A stretch of 64,000 bases of DNA from Nitrospirota bacterium (GTDB taxonomy: Bacteria; Nitrospirota; UBA9217): the NCBI GenBank assembly GCA_963845065.1, contig CAWJQQ010000009.1:832001-896000 (forward strand), given 5' to 3'. The notes below the pieces were generated by a model. That model saw nothing but the letters and a program-made list of their open reading frames with translations. It made no database searches and was not told the DNA's origin. Below are positions 31,626-41,062 of this stretch, in pieces. Positions within the stretch are counted from its first letter, which is position 1. Every line of letters starts with the position of its first letter. A program made the position numbers and the translations under genes.

Positions 31626-32729
31626 ATGGCTTATGTGGCAGTGAAGGGCGGTAGGGTCGCCATAGAAAACGCGGCCAAGTACCTCGATTTAGAACGCGTC
31701 AGAGGAAAATCAACACCGCTCGAAGTTGAACAGATAAAGGAACAGCTCCACCTTCTCGTTGACCGGGTCATGGGAGAAGGATCGCTGTATGCTCCGGACC
31801 TTGCAGCGTTGGCTATCAAACAGTCCAGTGGGGACATGCTTGAGTCTGCCTTCATTCTTCGAGCCTATCGGACGACACAGTCGAGACTGGGTGTCACATT
31901 GCCCGGCCCGGCGCGCGAGATGAGGATCATACGTAGAATATCAGCAGCATTCAAGGATATCCCGGGAGGCCAGGTGCTCGGACCGACACCGGACTATAGC
32001 CTTCGATTGATGGACTTCGACCTTTTCGAGGATTCGCACAAGAAACGACAGGAATTCATCAAATCTTTATTCAGAGATATTTGTGAGGTCGACGAGATGC
32101 CTGAAAGCTTTCCTAAGATTGTAGATCTCCTCAGGAAGGAGAATCTTCTTGAAGAGCGTACTCGCAAGAACTCAAGTGATCTAGAAATGGACGATGTTAC
32201 GAGAGGATCGATCACCTTTCCCGCATCACGGCCCGTTTCACTACAGAGCATGGCGAGGGGAGAGACTGGAGGAATGCTTCTTCTTGCCTATTCCAATATG
32301 CGGGGCTATGGGAATGTTCATCCCACGGTCGGAGAACTCAGAGTGGGCTTCATGCCTGTAAAAATTCTGCATCCTTATACCAGAGAAGCTTACGCCGTCG
32401 GCGAGATCAAGGTTACGGAGGCGGAGGTCATTTCCCAGTCCAAAACATCGGAAGGGACACCGAAATTTACACTCGGCTATGGTCTCTGCTTCGGTCACAA
32501 CGAAGTGAAGGCGATTTCCATGGCTGTGCTCGATCGGGCGACACAGGCCGATGAAGCAAAAGCGCCATCGGAGGATCAGGAATTTGTCCTCAGTCACATT
32601 GATGGTATCGAATCCATGGGGTTCTGTAATCACTTCAAGCTTCCGCATTATGTGACGTTCCAATCTTCCCTTGATCGGCTCAGAAAGACTCAGGAGGTAT
32701 GGGATGAACCTGAAGCAGTGGTTGAATAA
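31626..32729 (+). CDS. phnI: C-P lyase subunit PhnI
   Basis: MAYVAVKGG..AI, DRVMGEGSLY, RRISAAFKDIPGGQ.LGPT.DY and HFKLPHYVTFQS motifs. Confidence 0.96.
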   Translation: MAYVAVKGGRVAIENAAKYLDLERVRGKSTPLEVEQIKEQLHLLVDRVMGEGSLYAPDLAALAIKQSSGDMLESAFILRAYRTTQSRLGVTLPGPAREMRIIRRISAAFKDIPGGQVLGPTPDYSLRLMDFDLFEDSHKKRQEFIKSLFRDICEVDEMPESFPKIVDLLRKENLLEERTRKNSSDLEMDDVTRGSITFPASRPVSLQSMARGETGGMLLLAYSNMRGYGNVHPTVGELRVGFMPVKILHPYTREAYAVGEIKVTEAEVISQSKTSEGTPKFTLGYGLCFGHNEVKAISMAVLDRATQADEAKAPSEDQEFVLSHIDGIESMGFCNHFKLPHYVTFQSSLDRLRKTQEVWDEPEAVVE

Positions 32730-33591
32730 TGAATCCCACACTGTTCGGTTGACTGCCAAATACAGCTTCGCGTTCCTCGATGAAGGAACGAAGCGCGAGA
32801 TTCGCCGCAAGATATTGAAAGCCATAGCAATCCCTGGGTATCAGGTACCTTTCGGCTCCCGGGAAATGCCGATTGCCCGGGGATGGGGAACAGGTGGCTT
32901 ACAGATCACGCTTTCGATCATAGGCCCCTGCGACATCCTGAAGGTAATAGACCAGGGGTCTGATGACAGTGTCAATGCCGTGAATATTGGCAGGTTCGTG
33001 AACAGGGTTACGGGCGTCAACCTTACGACCAATACGGCAGAAGCTAGTATTATCCAGACAAGACATCGGATCCCCGAGGAGCCCTTGGGCGAAGAACAAG
33101 TGCTGGTGCTCCAGGTTCCGATCCCTGAAGTGCTCCGGACCATTGAACCTTCGGAAATAGAGACGCGGCGTATGCATGCAGAGGCAGATTATAGCGCGAT
33201 GTGGTTGTATCTCTATGAAGATGTCATTAAGTACCGCGAGATCAGCATCGGTTCACGGTATCCCGTGACCGTCAACCACCGTTACATCATGGATCCGAGC
33301 CCTATTCCGCGCTGGGATATTCCTAAGTTGCATATGGCAAGCAACCTTTTCATCTTTTGCGCAGGCAGAGAAAAGAGAATCTATACAATTCCGCCCTATA
33401 CCGAAGTGCGGCCACTCGAGTTTGAGGATCATAAGTTTCGAGTAGAGGATTTCAAGGGCGCTGCCTGTTCCCGGTGTGGCAGCACTAATACGTTCCTCGA
33501 CGAAATAGTAGAAGACGAAAGCGGTGTGCGGACCTTTTCCTGTTCCGACACGGCATACTGTGCCAAAGTCGTGGAGAAGAATCGAGATTAA
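32704..33591 (+). CDS. phnJ: C-P lyase PhnJ (radical SAM)
   Basis: AIPGYQVPF.SREMP..RGWGTGG, IQTRHRIPE and CSRC...CSDT.YC motifs. Confidence 0.97.
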   Translation: MNLKQWLNNESHTVRLTAKYSFAFLDEGTKREIRRKILKAIAIPGYQVPFGSREMPIARGWGTGGLQITLSIIGPCDILKVIDQGSDDSVNAVNIGRFVNRVTGVNLTTNTAEASIIQTRHRIPEEPLGEEQVLVLQVPIPEVLRTIEPSEIETRRMHAEADYSAMWLYLYEDVIKYREISIGSRYPVTVNHRYIMDPSPIPRWDIPKLHMASNLFIFCAGREKRIYTIPPYTEVRPLEFEDHKFRVEDFKGAACSRCGSTNTFLDEIVEDESGVRTFSCSDTAYCAKVVEKNRD

Positions 33592-33592
33592 C

Positions 33593-34459
33593 ATGAAGCC
33601 ACTGCTAACAGTCAAAAACCTCACCAAAATGTATGGGACGGGCTGTTTGGACTGCATGGACCGTGCTGACCTGCAGGAAGATTCTAACATCTGTCCAGAC
33701 TGCGGGACCGTGTTTGCCTGCAGCAACCTTTCCTTCGACCTGTTCCCGGGGGAGGTACTCGGCGTTGTGGGTGAAAGCGGTTCAGGCAAAAGCACGCTCG
33801 TAAAACTGCTAAATTTTGACATGGCACCATCATGGGGCGAGATGTACATACATATGAACGGCAGAGATGATGCGCCGACTTTTTCGGCCTTCTCGGTCAA
33901 TGACAACAACCTTTTCTCGTTTAGTTCCTACCAGAAGCGACAGCTAAAGAATTCTCTCTGGGGTATCGTTTACCAGAGTCCTCACCTGGGGCTCAAGATG
34001 AATATCAGCGCAGGCGGCAATATCGCCGAGCGTTTGCTCATGGCGGGCTGGAGACACGTAGGAAAGATACGCGAACGGGCGTCATTGCTTCTGGAAAAGA
34101 CGGAGGTTCCTGTATCCCGAATGGACGAACCACCGAAGAATTTTAGCGGTGGCATGCAGCAGCGCGTCCAGATCGCACGGGCATTGTCGAACGAGCCAGT
34201 TCTGCTCCTGCTCGATGAAGTAACGACCGGTCTGGACGTTTCAGTCCAGGCGCGGGTACTCGATCTCATACGGAGCCTGCACCGGGAGCTCGGTGTGTCG
34301 ATGATAGTGGTTTCTCATGATTTGTCTGTAATTCGCCTGCTGACCACGAGGACATTGGTCATTCAGCATGGTAGGATCGTTGAGTCGGGGCTGACGGATC
34401 AGGTGCTGGAAGACCCCCAGCATCCCTATACGCAGTTGCTGGTTAGTTCTGCATTATAG
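33593..34459 (+). CDS. phnK: C-P lyase ABC-type ATPase PhnK
   Basis: GESGSGKST, AGGNIAERL, FSGGMQQRVQIA and GLTDQVLEDPQHPYTQLLVSS motifs. Confidence 0.95.
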   Translation: MKPLLTVKNLTKMYGTGCLDCMDRADLQEDSNICPDCGTVFACSNLSFDLFPGEVLGVVGESGSGKSTLVKLLNFDMAPSWGEMYIHMNGRDDAPTFSAFSVNDNNLFSFSSYQKRQLKNSLWGIVYQSPHLGLKMNISAGGNIAERLLMAGWRHVGKIRERASLLLEKTEVPVSRMDEPPKNFSGGMQQRVQIARALSNEPVLLLLDEVTTGLDVSVQARVLDLIRSLHRELGVSMIVVSHDLSVIRLLTTRTLVIQHGRIVESGLTDQVLEDPQHPYTQLLVSSAL

Positions 34460-34653
34460 AAAAAGAAAGCCATAAGTCGCATCAAACAATAAAAGCTGGT
34501 TCTTTCGCAAGCATGTGCTTCTGAGCGAACTAATTCGAGCGCTTAGTCGAACGATGAAGAGATGAATGATAAAAGCAAGCTTTGCTTTAGGTTGGTCGCG
34601 ATGCAGGTTCGTTGTTCCAGAAATCCTGAACAATTGCACAAGGAATTTGAAAC

Positions 34654-35340
34654 ATGCTGAAACTGGAAAATTTATCAAAATCATTCATTGTGCATACGCT
34701 GGCTGGGAAAGTCATTAACGGATGTGAGCGGGTTACATTTAACGTCGGCCCAGGGGAACTGCTGGGGCTTGCCGGACCGAGCGGTTCGGGTAAGACCTCC
34801 ATCTTGAAATGCATCTATCGAACGTATATACCTACCTCCGGCACTATCAACTATTCGTCGAAAGAATTCGGCCCTGTTGATCTAGCACAAGCTTCGGAAC
34901 ACACTATTGTCCGTCTAAGGTCACGCGAGATAGGCTACGTGACTCAATTCCTGAAAGTGTTGCCGCGCGTGCCTGCTGTGGATGTTGTGGCAGAACCATT
35001 ACTGTGGAGGGGCGTCCCTCTTGATGAGGCCAGAAAAAGTGCAATCGATATGCTCGATCGCCTCCGCATTCCGGGCGCACTCTTCGACGCCTGCCCGGGA
35101 ACGTTCAGCGGCGGTGAACAGCAGAGGGTCAATGTGGCGCGCGCAGTGATCGCGAAGCCCCGGCTCCTTCTCCTCGACGAACCGACAGCTTCACTAGACC
35201 GGCATTCTGTCAGCAACATCGTGGATATTCTTCGCGATCTCAAAAAAGTAGGTTGTACGATGATCGGGATTTTCCATGACAGGGATCTTATGGATTCCGT
35301 TGCGGACAGGATTTATGAAATGTCATCAATTGCGGTGTAA
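34654..35340 (+). CDS. phnL: C-P lyase ABC-type ATPase PhnL
   Basis: GPSGSGKT, IGYVTQFL.V.PRV, TFSGGEQQRVN and IGIFHD motifs. Confidence 0.95.
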   Translation: MLKLENLSKSFIVHTLAGKVINGCERVTFNVGPGELLGLAGPSGSGKTSILKCIYRTYIPTSGTINYSSKEFGPVDLAQASEHTIVRLRSREIGYVTQFLKVLPRVPAVDVVAEPLLWRGVPLDEARKSAIDMLDRLRIPGALFDACPGTFSGGEQQRVNVARAVIAKPRLLLLDEPTASLDRHSVSNIVDILRDLKKVGCTMIGIFHDRDLMDSVADRIYEMSSIAV

Positions 35341-35342
35341 CC

Positions 35343-36521
35343 ATGACTGAAAAAAACCGAAATTTCGTCATAGACAGGGCGCGGATCGTGACACCGACTA
35401 GCGTGATCGAGGGGGAATCCCTTCTAGTGGAGGATGGTTATATCGCGGGAATCGGCACCGTGTCTCCATCACGCAATTTCAAGAGAATTGATGCACAGGG
35501 TTTGTATCTGCTGCCAGGCTTGATCGACCTGCACAGCGATGCTCTGGAACACATGATAGAACCGAGACCCCGCGCCGTATTTCCCTTTCCGCTTTCTATT
35601 TTTGAAATCGACAAACTTATCTGTTCCTGCGGCATCACGACCATGTACCACTGCGTGGCCTTTGTGGACAGTGATGCGCGCAACCGTGAACTCCGGAAGA
35701 GCGATCAGGCGGCCACCATGACAAGAGAAATCAACAGTCTTGCCGCATCCCTTCGGGCGCGGAACAGGGTGCATGGCAGGTACGATATCGTGAGTTCTGG
35801 TTCCCTTGATCTCATCAAAAGACTTGTTCAGGAGCGCCAGATCCATTTTCTGTCACTCATGGACCATACGCCGGGGCAGGGACAATTCAGTGACATTATG
35901 TCTTATAAAGAGCTGAACCGAGTATCCTATGGTGTGGACGACCATTCTATTGAACAAATGATATATAGCCATGCAAGCAGAGGGGTCGCATGTGAGGAGT
36001 CAGCAGTGGAGGAACTGCTCAGCCTATGCAAGTCACGACGCTTATCGGTGGCGTCCCATGATGACGATTCTCAGGAGAAGGTCTCGTGGGCAAAGCAGAG
36101 AGGCGTATCTGTGTCCGAGTTTCCAGTTAGCAGGGAGGCGGTCGAAGCCGCTATCAGGGAAGGCATCGCTGTCGGTTTCGGCGCGCCCAATATCGTGCGA
36201 GGCGGTTCGTGGTCGAACAACATCAGCGCTCGGGAGATGCTCTCCCTCGGGTACGGCGACATTCTGCTTTCGGATTATGTCCCCCATGCGTTGCTCCATG
36301 CGGTTTTCCTGATCAAAGAGCTCGGATTACGCTCCCTCCCTGATGCGGTAAACATGGCGACCCTAAACCCCGCGCGTTTTGCTGGAGTCCATGCGTTGAC
36401 GGGATCCATCGAGTATGGCAAGGAAGCCGACTTGGTCCTAGTAGAGACGCGCGGCGAGGTCCCGCAAATAGTGAAAACGTTTGTGGCAGGCAAGGAGGTA
36501 TTTTCAACGTGCAGGAATTAG
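35343..36521 (+). CDS. phnM: PhnM, copy 2
   Basis: PGLIDLHSDALE..IEPRP, MDHTPGQGQF, ASHDDD, GAPNIVRGGS and SDYVP motifs. Confidence 0.92.
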   Translation: MTEKNRNFVIDRARIVTPTSVIEGESLLVEDGYIAGIGTVSPSRNFKRIDAQGLYLLPGLIDLHSDALEHMIEPRPRAVFPFPLSIFEIDKLICSCGITTMYHCVAFVDSDARNRELRKSDQAATMTREINSLAASLRARNRVHGRYDIVSSGSLDLIKRLVQERQIHFLSLMDHTPGQGQFSDIMSYKELNRVSYGVDDHSIEQMIYSHASRGVACEESAVEELLSLCKSRRLSVASHDDDSQEKVSWAKQRGVSVSEFPVSREAVEAAIREGIAVGFGAPNIVRGGSWSNNISAREMLSLGYGDILLSDYVPHALLHAVFLIKELGLRSLPDAVNMATLNPARFAGVHALTGSIEYGKEADLVLVETRGEVPQIVKTFVAGKEVFSTCRN

Positions 36522-37468
36522 GAGCGAAAATAGACGAAACAATGATCGACCGGAGTCTGCCCAGACTGAAGACAGGCCTTGACGTCCTCCGGGAGCACGA
36601 ATTTCTCGCCGTGGAATTGCCTGTTCACGGACTCGACGCAATAAGGAACGGTAAGCTCGATTATGCCCAGGTCATGCATGTGAGGGAACTTCTTTCAGAA
36701 TATGATTTCCATTACAGCGTGCACTCGCCGGACCCTGTTAATCTCATGGACCAGAACGAGCTTGATCTGCATGTCGCGGTCTTGAAAGCCTCGATAGAAT
36801 TCGCCCTCCTCATCAATGCGACCGTCTTGGTGTACCATCCCGGACGATACATATCCGAAGAACTGTTCATGCTCTATGAAAAACACAACATTTCATCAGA
36901 TGAAAAAAGAAAATTACTCGACAAAGAAGCGTTATTGTTGCAGCGCATCGCGGATGAGTATCCAGAGATGACGATCTGCATGGAAAATTCGCGTCCCTAC
37001 CTTTTCCATTCACCATACTGTTACGCGGAACGGCTAGGCCACCTTGCGGACCAGGTGGAACGCATTAATAGAAAGAACATCAAGATCAACCTCGATTTCG
37101 GACACCTCTACCTCTCATCGAAACACTATGGATTTGACGCGATAAAGGCAGTCAAAGATGTGAGATTGCATATCGGCCATACACACATCCATGACAATTT
37201 TGGAAAGGTCATTTTTCACCATGAAAAACAGCAGACGCGACTAGTCCCTTTCGGGAGAGGGGACTCTCACATGCCAGTCGGGTGGGGAGAAATCCCTTTT
37301 GAGAATATCCTTTCCACGTTCATCGACGGATACGAAGGCATGTTCATGATGGAGTTGCGGGGACGATATTTCGACAACCTTCCCGAATCGAGAGACAATT
37401 TGATGGCGATACTCGCCTCCATACCGCACAAGGCGGTGCAGGAGCGTACAATTACGTTTGGCACTTGA
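36509..37468 (+). CDS. Xylose-isomerase-like / endonuclease-IV-type TIM-barrel metalloenzyme
   Basis: SVHSP, YHPG, MEN, LDFGH, HIHDN, GDSH and MELR motifs; overlaps both phnM2 and the next gene. Confidence 0.8.
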   Translation: MQELGAKIDETMIDRSLPRLKTGLDVLREHEFLAVELPVHGLDAIRNGKLDYAQVMHVRELLSEYDFHYSVHSPDPVNLMDQNELDLHVAVLKASIEFALLINATVLVYHPGRYISEELFMLYEKHNISSDEKRKLLDKEALLLQRIADEYPEMTICMENSRPYLFHSPYCYAERLGHLADQVERINRKNIKINLDFGHLYLSSKHYGFDAIKAVKDVRLHIGHTHIHDNFGKVIFHHEKQQTRLVPFGRGDSHMPVGWGEIPFENILSTFIDGYEGMFMMELRGRYFDNLPESRDNLMAILASIPHKAVQERTITFGT

Positions 37469-38142
37469 TGGGAGAGAATATGCTTCAATACATATCCTTG
37501 TTTAGGACTGAACAGCATTTAGACGCGCCACAGCTAGGGGAACGGCCGAGCATCCATCCGACTGCTGTGGTCGTGAACTGCCATCTTGGAGCCTGGACCG
37601 CAATCGGGCCCCACTCGCATCTTGAAGAGACTCTATTCGATGATTACAGCTATACAGCCGACAATGCATCGATCATTTATGCTGAAATTGGGAAATTCGT
37701 GAACATCGCGTCGCATGTTCGTATCAACCCGGGGAACCATCCTATGGAGCGGGTGACATTACATCACTGCACTTACCGAAGGAAGAAGTATGGGTTTGCA
37801 GAAACCGATGACGAAACAATATTTTCCTGGAGACGGTTTCATGCATGCAGGATCGGCCATGACGTGTGGATAGGGCATGCCGCGACAATCATGCCGGGCG
37901 TTACAATAGGCGAGGGAGCGGTCGTGGGTTCAGGGGCAGTCGTTACGAAGGATGTCTCGCCTTACGAAATCGTAGCCGGAGTACCTGCCAGGATGATCAA
38001 AAAGAGATTCTCCGATGACGTAATAAAAAAGCTGTTGAACATAGCATGGTGGAACTGGGACCGGAAGATGCTGGAAGAGCGGTTTACGGATTTTTATGAT
38101 CTTAATAATTTTCTCGAAAAATATGCGGCCTATGAGGACTAA
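37468..38142 (+). CDS. Hexapeptide-repeat acetyltransferase associated with phosphonate clusters
   Basis: [42 protein letters not shown] and IVAGVPA motifs. Confidence 0.88.
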   Translation: MGENMLQYISLFRTEQHLDAPQLGERPSIHPTAVVVNCHLGAWTAIGPHSHLEETLFDDYSYTADNASIIYAEIGKFVNIASHVRINPGNHPMERVTLHHCTYRRKKYGFAETDDETIFSWRRFHACRIGHDVWIGHAATIMPGVTIGEGAVVGSGAVVTKDVSPYEIVAGVPARMIKKRFSDDVIKKLLNIAWWNWDRKMLEERFTDFYDLNNFLEKYAAYED

Positions 38143-38241
38143 GAAACAAAGCGTTAGAGGGGCAATCTCACTGACTGCCTGCGGCAAACTTGTCTGATTA
38201 GTACGACTCACTGGGCATAGGAAGACGCAAAGGAGATCATC

Positions 38242-38916
38242 ATGGACAAAGATAAAGATTGTGTCACGGCTCTCGCTACGGCGCATCAGGCATGGGACAG
38301 CCTCTGGGGCACGGAAGCGGGACGAAAAGACTGGATTGCTGTGGAACAGGACGTACGAGAACTTGAAAAGGAACTGGTCAACCTGAAAGTGTCCCGGGTT
38401 CTCGATCTCGGATGCGGAATCGGCCGACATTCGCTCTTTCTGGCGTCAAAAGGTTTTCAGGTATCCTCGATCGACGCCAGCAACAAGGCGGTAGATTTCA
38501 CACAACATGCCGCGAGAGAGGCAGGCCTTTCCATCGATGTCAGGCAGTCGCCCATGACTACGTTACCGTTTAAGGAACATTATTTTGATTATGTGCTCGC
38601 ATGGAATGTGATCTACCACGGAGATCCGACCACGGTGAGAATGGTTTTATCTGAAATAACCCGCGTTCTTCGGCCACGCGGCATATTCCAGGGGACAATG
38701 CTGACGAAGCGCAACGCTTTTTACGGCATGGGACGTAAAGTAGCGCCCAATACCTATGTCAACGACGAAGAAGATGAAAAGAAACACGCTCATTTTTATT
38801 GTAACGCAGAAGAACTCGTTGAATTGCTGCATGACTTTAAGATTCTCTCCTTGCGCCAGCAGAAGCAGCAGAAACCGGGGTCTTACCACTGGCATTATGT
38901 CGCCGGGAGGCTTTAA
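38242..38916 (+). CDS. Class I SAM-dependent methyltransferase
   Basis: VLDLGCGIGRH and FDYVLAWNVIYH...RVLRPRG motifs; RBS AGGAGA. Confidence 0.88.
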   Translation: MDKDKDCVTALATAHQAWDSLWGTEAGRKDWIAVEQDVRELEKELVNLKVSRVLDLGCGIGRHSLFLASKGFQVSSIDASNKAVDFTQHAAREAGLSIDVRQSPMTTLPFKEHYFDYVLAWNVIYHGDPTTVRMVLSEITRVLRPRGIFQGTMLTKRNAFYGMGRKVAPNTYVNDEEDEKKHAHFYCNAEELVELLHDFKILSLRQQKQQKPGSYHWHYVAGRL

Positions 38917-38930
38917 GCACCGCAAATTAT

Positions 38931-38984
38931 GTAACAGAAATATAATGGAACGGTCATTTAATTTTAACAGGTCGGTACTACACT
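38931..38984 (+). promoter_or_regulatory. Pho-box promoter of phnDCE
   Basis: GTAACA, ATAATG, GTCATT, TTAACA at 11-bp spacing (38931, 38942, 38953, 38964), 9 bp, then TACACT. Confidence 0.75.
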
Positions 38985-39095
38985 GTCGTTATTACCGCGG
39001 CAATGGCAAAGGGAGGTGAAGGTTGCAGGAAATGGTCGATAGGGCTGACCGAGCCGAGTAGACTTTGGCAGCGGTTCGATAAAATGGGGCTTTAT

Positions 39096-39240
39096 AAAAT
39101 TGTCTGAAATACCCGGCAGCTCTGCTGCAAGGATAAAAAGGACGTCTTGACGAAATCAGAATACGCCTTCAGCTTCTTTGTTGTGCTTTTTAAAGATTTC
39201 AAACTAAGATGCTTCGCAGCTCTGCTGCGGGGTGATTCAC
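39096..39240 (+). mobile_element. Miniature non-autonomous IS200/IS605-type element, family A copy 1
   Basis: Follows TTTAT; GCAGCTCTGCTGC hairpins at both ends; ends TTCAC; aligns end to end with 49560-49700. Confidence 0.75.
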
Positions 39241-39269
39241 TTCACTATTAACTTTGAATGGAGGAAAAA

Positions 39270-40184
39270 ATGAAAAAGTGGTTTCTGGCTATCGGGCTGG
39301 TAGCGGTCCTGATGACAATTCTGACCGGGGCGCTTCAAGCCAAACAAAAAAACTTGGTGATGGGTCTCATTCCAGCTGAAGACCCCAAGGCAATGATCGA
39401 ACAAATCAAACCCATGAAGGCCTGGATGGAAAAAAAAATGGGGCGGCACATCGATCTCTTCACCGCCACTGACTACTCTGGCGTAATAGAGGCCATGCGG
39501 GTCAAGAAGGTGGATTTTGCCTGGTTCGGTCCCTTCTCTTACGTAATGGCCCATGATCGGGCGGGAGCCGATGCCTTTGCCGTGGGCATCGATTCCAAAG
39601 GCAAAAGCACTTACCAATCATACCTGGTGGCCACGCCAGAAACGGCCAAGAAACTAAGCATCTCTACCCCTTTAGTGGGAGAAGAGGGCATGAAAGTCAT
39701 AGCTCAAAAGCTGAATGAACACAAAAAGGAATTCACTTTTACTTTCACCGACACCGCTTCCACTTCCGGCTATGCCGTACCCAGGTATTTCATGTGGAAA
39801 GTCGGCATGGACCCGGAACAGGTGTTCCAGAAAGTGGGCTTCAGCGGTACTCATGACGCAGCCGAGCTCATGGTAAAAAACAAGGTGGTCGATATGTGTT
39901 CCGACAATGATATGACCAATCCCGCCATGGTCGCCGCGGGGAAGATCTCGCCCGAGACCAATATCATTATCTGGAGGTCTATCCCCCTTCCCGGTTCTCC
40001 TGTGGCCTATCGCCAGGATTTGTCGGAAAAGACCAAGGATGGTTTGAAAAAGGCGATCACATCACTCCCCAAAGAGGCCAATAAGGTCACGGCTTTTGGG
40101 AACATCACCGGCTGGCAGATAGTAAGTGACCGCGACTATACTCTTATTAAAAATGTCAAGAAAGTGATTGACGGACTGAACTAA
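39270..40184 (+). CDS. phnD: Phosphonate ABC transporter substrate-binding protein
   Basis: Signal peptide; ATDYSGVIEAM, AWFGPFSYV, D.ASTSGY..P and GTHDA motifs. Confidence 0.9.
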   Translation: MKKWFLAIGLVAVLMTILTGALQAKQKNLVMGLIPAEDPKAMIEQIKPMKAWMEKKMGRHIDLFTATDYSGVIEAMRVKKVDFAWFGPFSYVMAHDRAGADAFAVGIDSKGKSTYQSYLVATPETAKKLSISTPLVGEEGMKVIAQKLNEHKKEFTFTFTDTASTSGYAVPRYFMWKVGMDPEQVFQKVGFSGTHDAAELMVKNKVVDMCSDNDMTNPAMVAAGKISPETNIIIWRSIPLPGSPVAYRQDLSEKTKDGLKKAITSLPKEANKVTAFGNITGWQIVSDRDYTLIKNVKKVIDGLN

Positions 40185-40244
40185 GGGGCTCGGTGGCTGA
40201 GGGCAGGGTCTGCCCCGGATGGGCAACATCGGGCAACCTAAGAA

Positions 40245-40274
40245 TTGGGGCGTCTGCCCTCAGCAGACGCCCAA
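40245..40274 (+). other. Intercistronic stem-loop between phnD and phnC (possible mRNA stabiliser or attenuator)
   Basis: GGGCGTCTGC-CCTCA-GCAGACGCCC with no T run. Confidence 0.5.
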
Positions 40275-40288
40275 GGGCCGAGGAGGAT

Positions 40289-41062
40289 ATGATGATAAGA
40301 GTGGTAAATCTTAAGAAACACTTCAACGGCCATGAGGTTTTGTGCGGTATCAATTTGCGAGTGAGGAAAGGCGAGCCTGTGGCACTTATCGGCCCCAGCG
40401 GGTCCGGAAAAACCACCTTGATAAGGACGATCAACGGATTTGTGATTCCCGACTCAGGAACGATTTCGGTCGGCGGCCAGGTAATTACGTTTCGCAATCC
40501 GGAGTCTCTGCGCCAAAGCCGGAAGAAAATCGGCATGATCTATCAGCTTTTCAATTTGGTGGAACGCACCTCGGTCGAAGTAAATGTGATAGCGGGCGCC
40601 CTGGGGAGACTGGATAGGGGGATTTCATTGCTTTCTTCCACCCTTGGTTTCTTCAGCAAGAGGGAGAGGGAGAAAGCCAGAGAGCTTCTCAGTTTTGTGG
40701 GGCTGGAGGATAAGGCCAGGGAAAGAGTTGACCGGCTCAGCGGCGGCCAGAAACAGCGGGTCGCCATTGCCCGTGCCTTGATGCAGGAACCAGAGGTGCT
40801 CCTAGCGGATGAGCCCGTAGCCAACCTCGATCCTAAGGCCAGCAGAAAAATTATGGAACTTTTGCTTCAGATCAACCAGGAGAAAAAGATAACCCTTATT
40901 ACGGTTCTCCATCACTTGGACTACGTGCGGGACCATTTCGAACGGGTGATTGCCCTCAAAGAGGGTGCCATTTGCTTTGACGCTCACACCCGCAACCTCA
41001 ACGATTACCGCCTTCAGGATATTTATACGTTCGATGAGGAAATTGGATGCGCTACAGCGTAA
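40289..41062 (+). CDS. phnC: Phosphonate ABC transporter ATPase
   Basis: RBS AGGAGG; GPSGSGKTT, Q.FNLVER.SV..NV..G.LG, LSGGQKQRV and ADEPVANLDP motifs. Confidence 0.93.
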   Translation: MMIRVVNLKKHFNGHEVLCGINLRVRKGEPVALIGPSGSGKTTLIRTINGFVIPDSGTISVGGQVITFRNPESLRQSRKKIGMIYQLFNLVERTSVEVNVIAGALGRLDRGISLLSSTLGFFSKREREKARELLSFVGLEDKARERVDRLSGGQKQRVAIARALMQEPEVLLADEPVANLDPKASRKIMELLLQINQEKKITLITVLHHLDYVRDHFERVIALKEGAICFDAHTRNLNDYRLQDIYTFDEEIGCATA

